From an uncultured bacterium (GTDB taxonomy: Bacteria; Acidobacteriota; Thermoanaerobaculia; Thermoanaerobaculales; Sulfomarinibacteraceae): a stretch of DNA of 52,204 bases. Shown here one piece after another: positions 1 to 9,012 of this stretch (position 1 is its first letter; every line of letters begins with the position of its first letter). The position numbers and the translations under genes were made by a program. The notes under the pieces were generated by a model. That model was not told the DNA's origin and made no database searches. It worked only from the letters and a program-made list of their open reading frames with translations. The stretch spans positions 1-52,204 of the forward strand of contig CBESWV010000002.1 in NCBI GenBank assembly GCA_965533305.1, read 5' to 3'.

Positions 1-1
1 T

Positions 2-274
2 TCGGTCTCTACGTATAGCTCCAACCCCCTGGCAGGAAGAGACTTCTGGGCTGGAACCGGCAGCCTTCAGCAGGTCCAGGTTGATCTCACCGCGTTGGCC
101 GGTGGCGATCTCTGGATTCGATTCCGCCTTGGCTGCGACAGCTCAGTCTCCGGCAACGGATGGTGGGTGGACGATATCAAGATCGAGACCACGGCACCCT
201 GCGACATGCTCTTCGGAGATGATTTCGAAATCGGTGGTTGCGGCAACTGGACGGCGGCGATCGGCGAACTGTAG
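2..274 (+). CDS. 3' end of a gene truncated by the window edge; C-terminal domain of a probable secreted protein
   Basis: Frame 2 is open from the window edge to TAG 272-274. The translation ends ...GNGWWVDDIKIETTAPCDMLFGDDFEIGGCGNWTAAIGEL. A clean intrinsic terminator follows directly. Confidence 0.5.
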   Translation, partial: SVSTYSSNPLAGRDFWAGTGSLQQVQVDLTALAGGDLWIRFRLGCDSSVSGNGWWVDDIKIETTAPCDMLFGDDFEIGGCGNWTAAIGEL

Positions 275-288
275 CGATCCTCAACGAA

Positions 289-323
289 CTGTCGGGACGG
301 GAAACCGTCCCGACAGCGTTTTT
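289..323 (+). terminator. Rho-independent terminator
   Basis: 12-bp perfect stem ctgtcgggacgg / ccgtcccgacag with loop gaaa, followed by cgttttt. Confidence 0.75.
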
Positions 324-368
324 GATTGACTTATCCCTAAATTGAGCGATTCTCACCGGCGATCTGCA

Positions 369-465
369 CCAACTCCTTGCGCTCTGGGTATTTGCAAAAA
401 GCCTCGACATACCACCAGTATTCCTGCGTTTTTTGCAAACACCAGAGCGAGCATCAAGGAGTTGG
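369..465. other. 97-nt composite hairpin (three stacked helices, 29 bp) in the infC upstream region
   Basis: Helix a is 369-379 ccaactccttg with 455-465 caaggagttgg. Helix b is 380-387 cgctctgg with 442-449 ccagagcg. Helix c is 391-400 tttgcaaaaa with 430-439 tttttgcaaa. The apical loop is 29 nt. Confidence 0.55.
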
Positions 466-581
466 CACATCTCATCCGGCAGAATCGCTTAATTCAGGTT
501 TTCGTTTGATATACTGCGAATTCAGCCTGGCCGAAGGTTCGGCCGGCTGGGTAGACAACCGAGAGACAAAGGAGGAAAATC

Positions 582-1127
582 ATCCGCAAGTTCGCGTTCC
601 GAGACGATCCTGAAGCACCCCAGGTGCGAATCAATGAACGAATCCGGCTCACGCCGGTCCGCCTCATCGGCGCCGATGGCGAGCAAGTTGGTGTTGTTCC
701 CGTCGACGAGGCCCTGAGAATGGCTCGTGATGTCGGCTTGGACCTCGTTGAGGTCGCCGCCAATTCACGCCCCATTGTCTGCAAGATCATGGACTATGGG
801 CGCTTCCGCTTCGAGCAGGAAAAGAAGGCGCGTGAGGCCAAGAAGCAGCAGCACCAGGTCGAACTCAAAGAGGTCAAGTACCGACCCAACATCAACATCC
901 ACGATTTCAACACCAAAACGAATCGAGCCCGAAAGTTCCTCGGTCAGGGAAAGCATGTCAAGGTGACCATCATGTTTCGCATGCGCGAGATGCGTCGTCC
1001 GGAGAACGGTTTCGAACTTCTCCGGCGGGTTGCCGCAGATCTCGAGGATGTGGCCAAACTCGAGAGGATGCCCGACCGCCTCGAGGGACGTGACTTGACC
1101 ATGGTGCTGCGGCCCCTCAAAAAGTAA
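582..1127 (+). CDS. infC: Translation initiation factor IF-3, probable non-canonical ATC start
   Basis: The translation ...RINERIRLTPVRLIGADGEQVGVV...CKIMDYGRFRFEQEKKAREAKKQQ...HDFNTKTNRARKFL is typical IF-3. The frame is open from 555. A strong SD AAGGAGG (569-575) lies 6 nt before ATC 582. The GTG at 624 used by the ORF track has no SD. Confidence 0.85.
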   Translation: MRKFAFRDDPEAPQVRINERIRLTPVRLIGADGEQVGVVPVDEALRMARDVGLDLVEVAANSRPIVCKIMDYGRFRFEQEKKAREAKKQQHQVELKEVKYRPNINIHDFNTKTNRARKFLGQGKHVKVTIMFRMREMRRPENGFELLRRVAADLEDVAKLERMPDRLEGRDLTMVLRPLKK

Positions 1128-1152
1128 CCTCGATCTGAGCCAGAACGAATCC

Positions 1153-1178
1153 AACCCGCGCTCGCCGCGGGTTTTTGG
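1153..1178 (+). terminator. Rho-independent terminator after infC
   Basis: Stem aacccgcg / cgcgggtt with loop ctcgc, running into a ttttt tract. Confidence 0.7.
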
Positions 1179-1249
1179 TTATCGGACCGCGGCGTCGCAA
1201 GAAATCGACCATCGCCTGTCGCAACCACGAAGATTTGCGTCTTCGCGGA

Positions 1250-2230
1250 TCAATCCCGCGATGGTTGCGCCTCCGCGTCCCTGGGTTGAGTCTCCGCCCG
1301 TTCCAGGTTGGCCCTGGCCACCGCCAGGCTTCGCTTGAGCTGAAGGAAGGGAATCCGGCCCAGGGCGCTTCCCTGCCGCCAGAGCTTCCATCCATCCTCA
1401 TCGAGGGCTTCGAGGTCTGAGATGAGGGGACGAAACCGGTGCGGCGCCGGGGCGAACTCAGGGTGGAGATCCGCGGGCGCCTTCCTGGTCCACGGGCAGA
1501 CCTCGTTGCAGCGATCGCAGCCGGCCACCATGTTGCTGAAGGCCTGCCCGAACTCGGCGGGAATCTCACCGCGATGTTCCACGGTGAAGTAGCCGATGCA
1601 GCGGCGCGCATCGAGGGTATAGGGCTTTACAAAGGCGTCGGTCGGGCAGGCGTCGAGACACGCGGTGCACCGGCCGCAGTGGTCGGTGACGGGTTCATCG
1701 GGCTTGAGGTCGATATCGGTGAGGAGAGCGCCGAGAAAGAGTTCGGAACCCAGTCGGCGGTTGAGGAGCATCGTGTTCTTGCCGATCCAGCCGAGACCCG
1801 CACGGGCCGCCCACTCGCGCTCGAGGAGGGGTGCCGTGTCCACCACCGCCCGCCAGGAACTACCAGGGTGGTGTTCCTCGAGCCGACGACCCAGCCGCAC
1901 GAGTTTCTTTTTGAGGAGGCGGTGATAGTCGCGTCCCCAGGCGTACCGTGAGATCCACACCCGATCATCGGGTGGGGTGGCGTCGGAATCCGGTTGCGAG
2001 CCGTGATAGCTCATCGCGACGATGATCACTGAGCGGCAACCCTCAAGGAGGTGCTCCGGGTGCGATCGTTGGACCGCGGTCTCGGCCATATAGCTCATCT
2101 GACCATGCATCTCGTCGGCGAGCCAGCGGTGGAGCCGTGATGTGGTCTTCGCCGGCCCTGCGGCGGCGATCCCAACAAGATCGAATCCCTCGTCGAGAGC
2201 CCAACTCTTCAGTTCGGCGGCTTTTTCCAC
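1250..2230 (-). CDS. queG: Epoxyqueuosine reductase (tRNA queuosine biosynthesis)
   Basis: Two 4Fe-4S motifs, CGRCTACLDACPTDAF and CDRCNEVCPW, and overall QueG-like sequence. I set the start at GTG 2230 with SD GAGGAG upstream. The ORF-track start 2359 would overlap the upstream gene by 150 nt. Confidence 0.85.
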   Translation of the reverse strand: MEKAAELKSWALDEGFDLVGIAAAGPAKTTSRLHRWLADEMHGQMSYMAETAVQRSHPEHLLEGCRSVIIVAMSYHGSQPDSDATPPDDRVWISRYAWGRDYHRLLKKKLVRLGRRLEEHHPGSSWRAVVDTAPLLEREWAARAGLGWIGKNTMLLNRRLGSELFLGALLTDIDLKPDEPVTDHCGRCTACLDACPTDAFVKPYTLDARRCIGYFTVEHRGEIPAEFGQAFSNMVAGCDRCNEVCPWTRKAPADLHPEFAPAPHRFRPLISDLEALDEDGWKLWRQGSALGRIPFLQLKRSLAVARANLERAETQPRDAEAQPSRD

Positions 2231-3321
2231 ACCGGCTCCTCGAGGCCGCTCAATTCCCCCTCGTCCCGGACCTTGGGGACAAAGGTCCCGAATTCCGGCG
2301 GGGTCTCGCCATCGGACCAGTTGGCGATCATGGGACCCTCGCGCAGGGGATCGCACCAACGGAGATCGCGAGGCGTTCCGGGGAGCGCCCCGGTCGCGAC
2401 AATCTTCCGTTCTTTGACATCAACGACGGTGAGCGACCCGCCCTCGAGGGCGACGGCGACATAGGTTCCCCCGGGCGAGGGGGCGATCCGGACCGGGCTC
2501 GAGGCGAGGGGGATCGAAAATTCCTTGTCGATCCTCATCCCCTTTTTACTGGTCTTGAAGATCGCGAGATCGAGGACCCCGGCGCCGTCGCCGGTGGCGA
2601 TCGCGGTGGCCATGATCTTTCCCTCGTGGGTGAAGGTGACATCGACGGGCTGGCCCGCGGTGGCGCGCACGGCAATGGGGGTCAGGGTCGCGGGCTCGAC
2701 CAGGTGAACCTGGTCGGTCTCGGCATCGGCCAGGGCGAGAATGCCGAGCTGGGGCGACAGCGCGAAGTGGCGGATGTCGCCGATCAAGGGCCGTCGGTAG
2801 ACCACCTGGCTCGTGATGAGGTTCACGGTGGTCATGTGCACACCGGTGCTCCCGTCCGGCAGCCGCTCGAGGATCATCATGGCCGCCCCATCGGGGGCCA
2901 TGATGACCTGCCACGGGTGGGCGATCTTTGCCCCGATTGTCTTGATGACCGCGCGGTCGGGGTAGCTCAATAGGACGATTTCGTCGGTGATGGCGGTGTA
3001 TCGGTCGGGATTGGCGCTGAAGTACGGCATGGTGAGACCGTCGAGGCGGTCGACAACGGCGAGTGCGAGCAGATTGATCACCGTGGTCCGGGCATTGATG
3101 ACATCCGGGGCGAAGAGAATCCCTCCGGGAGCCGGGTAGAGCCACCCGATGGGGCCGGTCTCGAAGGAGACCGTGCGGCCGCTGAAGGGTTCAACCAGCA
3201 TCACCGTGTCGCCCACCGATGCCGCGAGGATACCGTCCGGGGGCCTCGTCTTCGCCGAGCAAGGCAAGGCAACGGACAACGTGAGAGCGACGACGAGGGC
3301 TGGGATGTGTTTGATTTTCAT
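2209..3321 (-). CDS. Secreted hypothetical protein, probably a beta-propeller-like repeat fold
   Basis: ATG 3321 gives MKIKHIPALVVALTLSVALPCSA, a signal peptide. The ORF-track extension to 3576 overlaps the helicase gene. The sequence is repetitive and beta-rich (..GTYVAVALEGGSLTVVDVKERKIV..). Confidence 0.7.
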   Translation of the reverse strand: MKIKHIPALVVALTLSVALPCSAKTRPPDGILAASVGDTVMLVEPFSGRTVSFETGPIGWLYPAPGGILFAPDVINARTTVINLLALAVVDRLDGLTMPYFSANPDRYTAITDEIVLLSYPDRAVIKTIGAKIAHPWQVIMAPDGAAMMILERLPDGSTGVHMTTVNLITSQVVYRRPLIGDIRHFALSPQLGILALADAETDQVHLVEPATLTPIAVRATAGQPVDVTFTHEGKIMATAIATGDGAGVLDLAIFKTSKKGMRIDKEFSIPLASSPVRIAPSPGGTYVAVALEGGSLTVVDVKERKIVATGALPGTPRDLRWCDPLREGPMIANWSDGETPPEFGTFVPKVRDEGELSGLEEPVWKKPPN

Positions 3322-3344
3322 CACCACAACCTTAGCCCAGCTCG

Positions 3345-4745
3345 TCAGGGGGTGCTGCCGCCGGAGTCCGTTGTCGGTTTCTTCCGCCGCCTGGGACGCC
3401 GGTGCTTCTCCTTCGGCTGGTCGTCGCTCGATTCCGGGCGATTCTCTGGCTGAGGGCTTGGCTTCCGATCGGCGGGTCTTCTCGCCGGAGGTCGTTGGTT
3501 GCTGCGTTGGGGTCTCGGTGTCGGCTTGTGTCTGAACGGGATGACCTCGGCGAAGAGTTCCTCGGGTGCGAAACACACGGGGATCTCGTAGCCGACGTAT
3601 TTGTGAACCGCATCGAGGGAGTAGACATAGTTGTCGCAGGCGAGGGTGAAGGCCTTGCCTTCGGCGCCAACCCGGGCCGTTCTGCCGATGCGGTGGACGT
3701 AATCCTCGGCGTCCTGCGGCAGATCGAAGTTGATGACATGGGTGACGCCGTCGATGTGCAGCCCACGGCTCGCGACATCGGTGGCGACGAGAATCGGCAG
3801 GTTACCGTCGCGGAAGTCGTCGAGCACCTTCAGCCGCTTGGTCTGCATGACGTCTCCGGTGAGACCGCGGGCGATGTAGCCGTGGCGGCGCAGGTCTTCG
3901 ACGAGACGGCGGGCGGCGTGCTTGGTGTTGAGGAAGATCATGATCCGCTCCCCGCCCTCTCGTTTGAGCAGGCCGAGGAGGAGGGACAGCTTCTCGTGGG
4001 ACGCGACGTGATACAGCTCCTGTTGGACCGTGTCGGGGGTGAGCTGTTCGCGGTTGATGACGATCTCGGCGGGGTCCGTCATCTCGCGCCAGCCGAGCTG
4101 CATGACCCGTCGCGATAGGGTGGCGGTGAACATGAGCGACTGCCGTTTGTCGGTGTAGGGGAGGCGATGGAGCAGCCACCTGAGGTCTTCGGCGAAGCCC
4201 ATGTCGAAGAGCCGGTCACACTCATCGACGACGACCATCTCGGTGTCGCGCAGCGAGTAGGCCCCCTTACGGTGGTAGTCGATGAGGCGTCCGGGCGTGC
4301 CGATGAGAAGATCGACACCGTCGGCGAACCGGTTCTGTTGTTTCCTGTAGTCGATGCCCCCGAAGACCACGTGGACGCTGAATGGTATGTGGACCGAGAG
4401 TTTTTCGGCGTCCGAGGCGATTTGGACGGCGAGTTCGCGGGTTGGGGCGATGATCAATCCGCGGGGATTCTGGATTTCCGATTGCCGCTCCTGCCGCATC
4501 ATTCTGGTGAAGAGCGTCAGGAGATAGGCGGCGGTCTTTCCCGATCCGGTCTGTGCCTGAGCGACGATGTCGCGCCCTTCGAGAGAAAGCGGAAGAACCT
4601 CCTCCTGAACTCGGGTGAGTCGCTCGAAGCCGAGATCGTTGACCGCCGCGAGGAGTTCCTCGGGAAGGTCGATGTCGGAAAAAGTCTTGTCGGAGAAAAG
4701 CGGATCAAAAGCCGTAGCATCAGTCATAGCGCGCAAGTGTAGCAC
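3345..4745 (-). CDS. DEAD-box ATP-dependent RNA helicase with a basic C-terminal tail
   Basis: Q-motif region, AQTGSGKTAAY (motif I), VVVDECD (motif II variant DECD), TAT, and HRIGRTAR (motif VI). The C-terminal tail is Arg/Pro/Lys-rich. An alternative ATG start is at 4727. Confidence 0.9.
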   Translation of the reverse strand: MLHLRAMTDATAFDPLFSDKTFSDIDLPEELLAAVNDLGFERLTRVQEEVLPLSLEGRDIVAQAQTGSGKTAAYLLTLFTRMMRQERQSEIQNPRGLIIAPTRELAVQIASDAEKLSVHIPFSVHVVFGGIDYRKQQNRFADGVDLLIGTPGRLIDYHRKGAYSLRDTEMVVVDECDRLFDMGFAEDLRWLLHRLPYTDKRQSLMFTATLSRRVMQLGWREMTDPAEIVINREQLTPDTVQQELYHVASHEKLSLLLGLLKREGGERIMIFLNTKHAARRLVEDLRRHGYIARGLTGDVMQTKRLKVLDDFRDGNLPILVATDVASRGLHIDGVTHVINFDLPQDAEDYVHRIGRTARVGAEGKAFTLACDNYVYSLDAVHKYVGYEIPVCFAPEELFAEVIPFRHKPTPRPQRSNQRPPARRPADRKPSPQPENRPESSDDQPKEKHRRPRRRKKPTTDSGGSTP

Positions 4746-4872
4746 CTGAAATCTCGAGGTGCGGGTCCTTGCGGGTTTCCTGCCCGCGGGATCCGGGCCT
4801 TGTTCAGCAGCACTTCCCAGGTAAACTCGTGGGCGTATCTGGGAAGATCCTGGACGAATATTTGCTTAAACA

Positions 4873-6822
4873 GTGCGTATGGAGCAAAAAGACCCTCGTA
4901 TGACTCGACGTTTTGCAATCGCAACGACAATCGCATTCATGGTCCTGGTGGTCCTGACGGGACCACTGCGGGCCCAACAAGGAGTGGGCGACCCACAGGA
5001 TGATGGAATGCCCGCCGGGTTGGTGGCATTTCTCGAAGCCCGGCTGCTCGAGAGCGAAGAACGCTTTCGAGAGGCTCTCGAGGCCTATGATCGCGCCCTT
5101 CGTGACGATCCTTCGGTAGTCGAGGTCCGGATCGGTTTCGCCAATTTGCTTTTCCGGCTCGGTATGGCGGATCGTGCGGTCGCCCTCCTCGAGGATGTCG
5201 ACGACCTCGATTGGCACGGTCGCAGAGTCTATGCGCAGGCTCTCGCCCAGTACTCGGTCCAAAAACCAGACCGGATGGAAGATGCGAGGGTGGCTCTCGA
5301 GGATGTTCTCGATGAACGGGACGACGATCCGAACCTGCAGCTGGCTCTTGGTCAACTTCTTCATCGGATGAATCGCATCGATGAGGCGGAAGCGGCCATC
5401 GGGGCAGTGCGTAAGAGCCGCCCCGGGTCGCCGCAGCTCATCTCGTACCACGCAACCCTGCTGCTCCTACTCGATCGTCGGGAGGAGGCTGCGGAGCTCT
5501 TTGCCGTGTGTGCGGCAAGCCCGATAACGGTCAATCAGTGCCGCGACAGCGCCGTGGAACTTCTGATCGAACTCGACCGACCGGGTGAAGCCGCGGATCT
5601 CTTGTTGGCATCGCTCGACGATGACGATCTCGATCAGCTCATGCGGACCGCGTATCTTCTGTGGGACGACAACCGGCCCTCAGAGGCGCTCCAGGTCGTT
5701 AACCGGGTTCTCCGACAGGTGCCCGATTCCCAGCGCGGCCGCGCCCTCAGGGCCCATCTTCTTTCGGCCACCGGTCGATATCCTGAAGCCGCTCGCGAGT
5801 TCAAATCCATGCTCAAGAAGAACCCGACCGAGATCGACTTCAAGCTGTCCTTGGCGTGGGCACTGTCGAGAATGGACGATCTCGACCAAGCCCGCCGTTG
5901 GCTCGATCGTGCCTGGGAACCGGTCGCCGCCGACGCCGCTTCCGCCAACGCGGTCCGGTGTGCCGTCACCGGCGCCAGGATCGAACTCGTGGCGGAAAAT
6001 CCTCTCGTCGCCAGGGAGTGGCTGGCGCGGATTGCCGATCCGGAGGGGGTGGGTGAGGAGTACGTGCGCCTGCTCGGCGAGTCCTACCGGCAGGAGGAAA
6101 ACTGGAGCGGTGGAATCGGCGCCTTGATGCGTCTCCAACCTCGGCTCAAGGACACTCCTCTGTTGGCCGCACAGGCCATCGAAGCGGAATTCAGAATCCG
6201 TTCCGCCGATCCGCGTGCCTGGCAGCGGCTGCGTCCTCTCCTCGATAGCGATGACCCTGTGTCGGTTTTGATCGGGTTGCAGGTGCTCCAGTCGGCGGAG
6301 AGATGGTCGGACGCCGAACGTGAGGCCCTCGCGGCGCGCGAGCGGTTCCCCGACAACCGCGACATTCTCTTTGTTCAGGCCGCCTCGCTCGAACGTCTTG
6401 AACGATTCGAGGACGCGGAAGATGTCTTTCTCGCGATTCTCGAGGCCGATCCGGGCGACGCGAATGCCGCCAATTATCTCGGGTATCTCTGGGCAGACCG
6501 CGAGGTTCGACTCGATGAGGCCCTCGATCTGATCAGCCTTGCCGTGGAGCTCGATCCCGAGAACCCTGCCTATCTTGATTCCCTGGGTTGGGTTCACTAC
6601 CGGCTCGGTTCCACGGAAGAGGCCGTGTTCTGGCTCCGTCGGGCCATCGAGTTCAACGACGGCGACGGCACCTTGCTCGCCCATCTCGGCGAGGTGCTGC
6701 TGGCAAACGGCGAGATCGAGGAGGGAAGCCGATACCTCCAGCTTGCGCTGGGTCTGGGCTGCGAACGCCCCGAACACGTGCAATCGCTGATCGATGGCCT
6801 CGACGATGCGGCGCGGCCGTAG
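4873..6822 (+). CDS. TPR-repeat protein with N-terminal signal/anchor
   Basis: MTRRFAIATTIAFMVLVVLTGPLRAQQ, followed by many TPR-like helical repeats (..ANAANYLGYLWADREVRLDEALDLISLAVELDPENPAYLDSLGWVHYRLG..). The start is uncertain (4873 GTG, 4879 or 4900 ATG). Confidence 0.8.
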   Translation: MRMEQKDPRMTRRFAIATTIAFMVLVVLTGPLRAQQGVGDPQDDGMPAGLVAFLEARLLESEERFREALEAYDRALRDDPSVVEVRIGFANLLFRLGMADRAVALLEDVDDLDWHGRRVYAQALAQYSVQKPDRMEDARVALEDVLDERDDDPNLQLALGQLLHRMNRIDEAEAAIGAVRKSRPGSPQLISYHATLLLLLDRREEAAELFAVCAASPITVNQCRDSAVELLIELDRPGEAADLLLASLDDDDLDQLMRTAYLLWDDNRPSEALQVVNRVLRQVPDSQRGRALRAHLLSATGRYPEAAREFKSMLKKNPTEIDFKLSLAWALSRMDDLDQARRWLDRAWEPVAADAASANAVRCAVTGARIELVAENPLVAREWLARIADPEGVGEEYVRLLGESYRQEENWSGGIGALMRLQPRLKDTPLLAAQAIEAEFRIRSADPRAWQRLRPLLDSDDPVSVLIGLQVLQSAERWSDAEREALAARERFPDNRDILFVQAASLERLERFEDAEDVFLAILEADPGDANAANYLGYLWADREVRLDEALDLISLAVELDPENPAYLDSLGWVHYRLGSTEEAVFWLRRAIEFNDGDGTLLAHLGEVLLANGEIEEGSRYLQLALGLGCERPEHVQSLIDGLDDAARP

Positions 6823-7540
6823 CTGCCGTCGGCATACGTTCAGCGCTGTCGCCCTTCTGATCTTGATTCAGGGTGCGGCCGGTTGTTCGAGCGCTCGAAC
6901 GAGTTCGAGCGGCGCCGATTCGCAGCAGTTGACCGAGGCGATCGATCGCCTCGATCGCCCCACTGCGGGTGACATGGCTGCGCTTTATGATCTCAGGGTC
7001 GCACGATCGGGCGGGCTGCGGTTATCCATGATCACCGTCGGGCGCGCCGGCCGGCTCACGATTTCCGAACCGTTTGGTTCGGCGGTCTCGTTGACCGCCT
7101 GGGAAGCGGATTCCCCAACGGTCTTCTTCGACATGGACAAGGGCTGCCGGCGTGAGGTTCGAGACCTCGAGGACATTCTCGGTGTCGGGGCCCTGCCTTT
7201 GGAGCACGCAGCTCGGCTTCTCGGGGGCCGGCTCCCGACGACCGACCGCGGCCAGGTGCAGCCCATCGGGGACGGCATGGTCGAGGTCGTCGAGGACGAG
7301 TTCGTGGCCACGGTCCGCCTGGCATCGGACCCGTGGCGGGTCGAGGAGGTTTGGGTGAATCAGGACGCCAGGGGGAATGGCTGGCACCTCGATCTCGATT
7401 CCCACGCGAGTTCCGTACCCGGCACGATCAGGATCGAGAACCCCGATGGACGTTGGGCCGAGCTTGTGCTGAAGAGGTTGGAGTGGCCGACTGGTGCGAC
7501 GCTGCCGGATTTGCCGAACTTCCCACCCTGTGGTGGATGA
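6794..7540 (+). CDS. Lipoprotein in the LolB position upstream of ispE
   Basis: Lipobox ...LILIQGAAGC SS. The gene sits directly before ispE with an ATGA stop/start overlap, as lolB does in proteobacteria. The function is assigned by position only. Confidence 0.65.
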   Translation: MASTMRRGRSCRRHTFSAVALLILIQGAAGCSSARTSSSGADSQQLTEAIDRLDRPTAGDMAALYDLRVARSGGLRLSMITVGRAGRLTISEPFGSAVSLTAWEADSPTVFFDMDKGCRREVRDLEDILGVGALPLEHAARLLGGRLPTTDRGQVQPIGDGMVEVVEDEFVATVRLASDPWRVEEVWVNQDARGNGWHLDLDSHASSVPGTIRIENPDGRWAELVLKRLEWPTGATLPDLPNFPPCGG

Positions 7541-8523
7541 TGGGAACGCCCCGGATCTCGGTTTCGGTCCCGGCAAAGATCAATCTCCATCTTCAGATTC
7601 TGGGACGTCGGCGGGACGGCTTCCACGAACTCCGTACGCTTTTTCAGAGTATCGACCTCTTCGACCGCCTCACCGCGGAGATGGCTCCACCGGGCGAAGT
7701 GACCCTCGAGGTGGATCCGAAGGGCGCCGTTGAATCCGGTGAAGTCAATCTCGTACTCCGAGCGGCGCGGCTGCTCGCCGAAGAGGCGGGGGTTTCGACC
7801 GGAGCCAGATTGATGTTGAGCAAGATCATCCCCGTTGGCGGCGGTCTCGGCGGCGGGTCGGCCGACGCAGCGGCGGCCCTCGTGATCCTCGATCGGTTGT
7901 GGTCTTGCAACCTTGATGGGTTGTGTCTCCATCGCCTGGCCGCGACGCTCGGAAGCGACGTCCCGTTCTTCCTCCACGGCGGACTGGCCCTTGGGATCGG
8001 TCGTGGAGACGAGGTCTTTCCACTTCCTGATGAGGTTGAGTTGGCGACGGTTGTGGTGGTCCCGAAGGTGCGAGTTTCGACGGCGGAGGCTTACAGAGCC
8101 TTTGATGACCAGTTGACCTCGCACCGACAGAAAGGTAACTTGTACGCCTTCGCGGCTGGCCTGCGGGGGAATCTGGATTGGCCGGCCATGACCAACGTGT
8201 TCGAAGAGGTCGTGGTCAGGTCTTGGCCGGAGGTCGGCGAGGGGTTGCAGATGCTGCGTTCGAGCAGTCCGTTGCACGCTTCTCTGTCGGGTTCCGGGGC
8301 GGCGAGTTACGCGGTTTTCGACAATCCGGCGGCCGCCCGTCGGGCCGCCGACAAGCTGCCGGCGGACTGGTTCGTGCACGTGGGTTCGACCCTGCCGCGC
8401 CGGTCGGCGGGACTTGTCGTCGAAGATGATGTGATGGAGGTAGGCGATGGAAGTGACCGAGGTGCGCATCAGCCCGGCCAAAGGTGGCAAGATACGAGCG
8501 TTCGCGAGCATCGTGGTCGATGA
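7537..8523 (+). CDS. ispE: 4-diphosphocytidyl-2-C-methyl-D-erythritol kinase
   Basis: The start MMGTPRISVSVPAKINLHLQILGRRRDGFHEL is typical of IspE. It carries the GHMP kinase motif PVGGGLGGGSADAAA. ATG 7537 overlaps the stop of the upstream gene. The frame runs 77 nt into spoVG. Confidence 0.9.
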   Translation: MMGTPRISVSVPAKINLHLQILGRRRDGFHELRTLFQSIDLFDRLTAEMAPPGEVTLEVDPKGAVESGEVNLVLRAARLLAEEAGVSTGARLMLSKIIPVGGGLGGGSADAAAALVILDRLWSCNLDGLCLHRLAATLGSDVPFFLHGGLALGIGRGDEVFPLPDEVELATVVVVPKVRVSTAEAYRAFDDQLTSHRQKGNLYAFAAGLRGNLDWPAMTNVFEEVVVRSWPEVGEGLQMLRSSSPLHASLSGSGAASYAVFDNPAAARRAADKLPADWFVHVGSTLPRRSAGLVVEDDVMEVGDGSDRGAHQPGQRWQDTSVREHRGR

Positions 8524-8845
8524 CTGCTTCATCGTCAACGATCTGCGGGTGATCGAAGGTCGCGAAAACCAGTTTTTCGTCACCATGCCCGCCCGCAAGG
8601 CGCGTAACGGGCAGATGCGGGACATTGCCCATCCCCTCAACAAGGAAACCCGTGAGGCCATCGAGGAACGGGTGATCGAGGAGTACATGAACGCCGTTCG
8701 TAATCACGCTGTGCCGAACCGCGAGAGTGACAAGAACCAGCGTGGCTCCGGCGGGCCGAATGTGATGAATCGACTGGCGGCAAAGCTCTTCAGCGAGGAC
8801 TATTGGACCGCGGACGTCGACAGGAGGAATCTCGACGCCGAGTAA
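8447..8845 (+). CDS. spoVG: SpoVG family protein
   Basis: MEVTEVRISPAKGGKIRAFASIVVDDCFIVNDLRVIEGRENQFFVTMPARK is the canonical SpoVG N-terminal domain. The C-terminal tail is longer than usual. Confidence 0.9.
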   Translation: MEVTEVRISPAKGGKIRAFASIVVDDCFIVNDLRVIEGRENQFFVTMPARKARNGQMRDIAHPLNKETREAIEERVIEEYMNAVRNHAVPNRESDKNQRGSGGPNVMNRLAAKLFSEDYWTADVDRRNLDAE

Positions 8846-8921
8846 CTGAATCGGTGACGGCGCCGGGCATTGTGCTCGGTTGCCCCCGGTGAAGATGTAC
8901 TCGGCTATAATTCGCGACGCT

Positions 8922-8996
8922 TGGGGCGTCGGCAAGTGGTAAGCCACCGGTTTTTGGTACCGGCATTCGAAGGTTCGAATCCTTCCGCCCCAGCCA
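8922..8996 (+). tRNA. tRNA-Gln (anticodon UUG), CCA encoded
   Basis: Cloverleaf folded by hand. Acceptor TGGGGCG/CGCCCCA, D stem GGC/GCC, anticodon stem CCGGT/ACCGG with loop TTTTGGT (UUG), T arm GAAGG-TTCGAAT-CCTTC, discriminator G plus CCA. A TATAAT box at 8906-8911 lies about 10 nt upstream. Confidence 0.92.
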
Positions 8997-9012
8997 AGAG
9001 GCAGGCACGAAG

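Noticed and set aside
2209-3576. Long N-terminal extensions suggested by the ORF track. Examples are 2209-3576, 7333 for ispE, 21556, 23384, 24583, 31634, 34348-35454, 35006, 30616, 14985 and 1250-2359.
   Set aside because: The extensions overlap neighbouring genes or conserved non-coding elements and are Arg/Pro/Gly-rich. Internal starts give proper signal peptides or canonical N-termini and have SD sites or ATGA/GTGA coupling.
5680-8688. 367-aa (5680-6783) and 442-aa (7360-8688) minus-strand ORFs across the TPR, ispE and spoVG genes
   Set aside because: They are antisense to clearly recognisable plus-strand genes and have no independent support.
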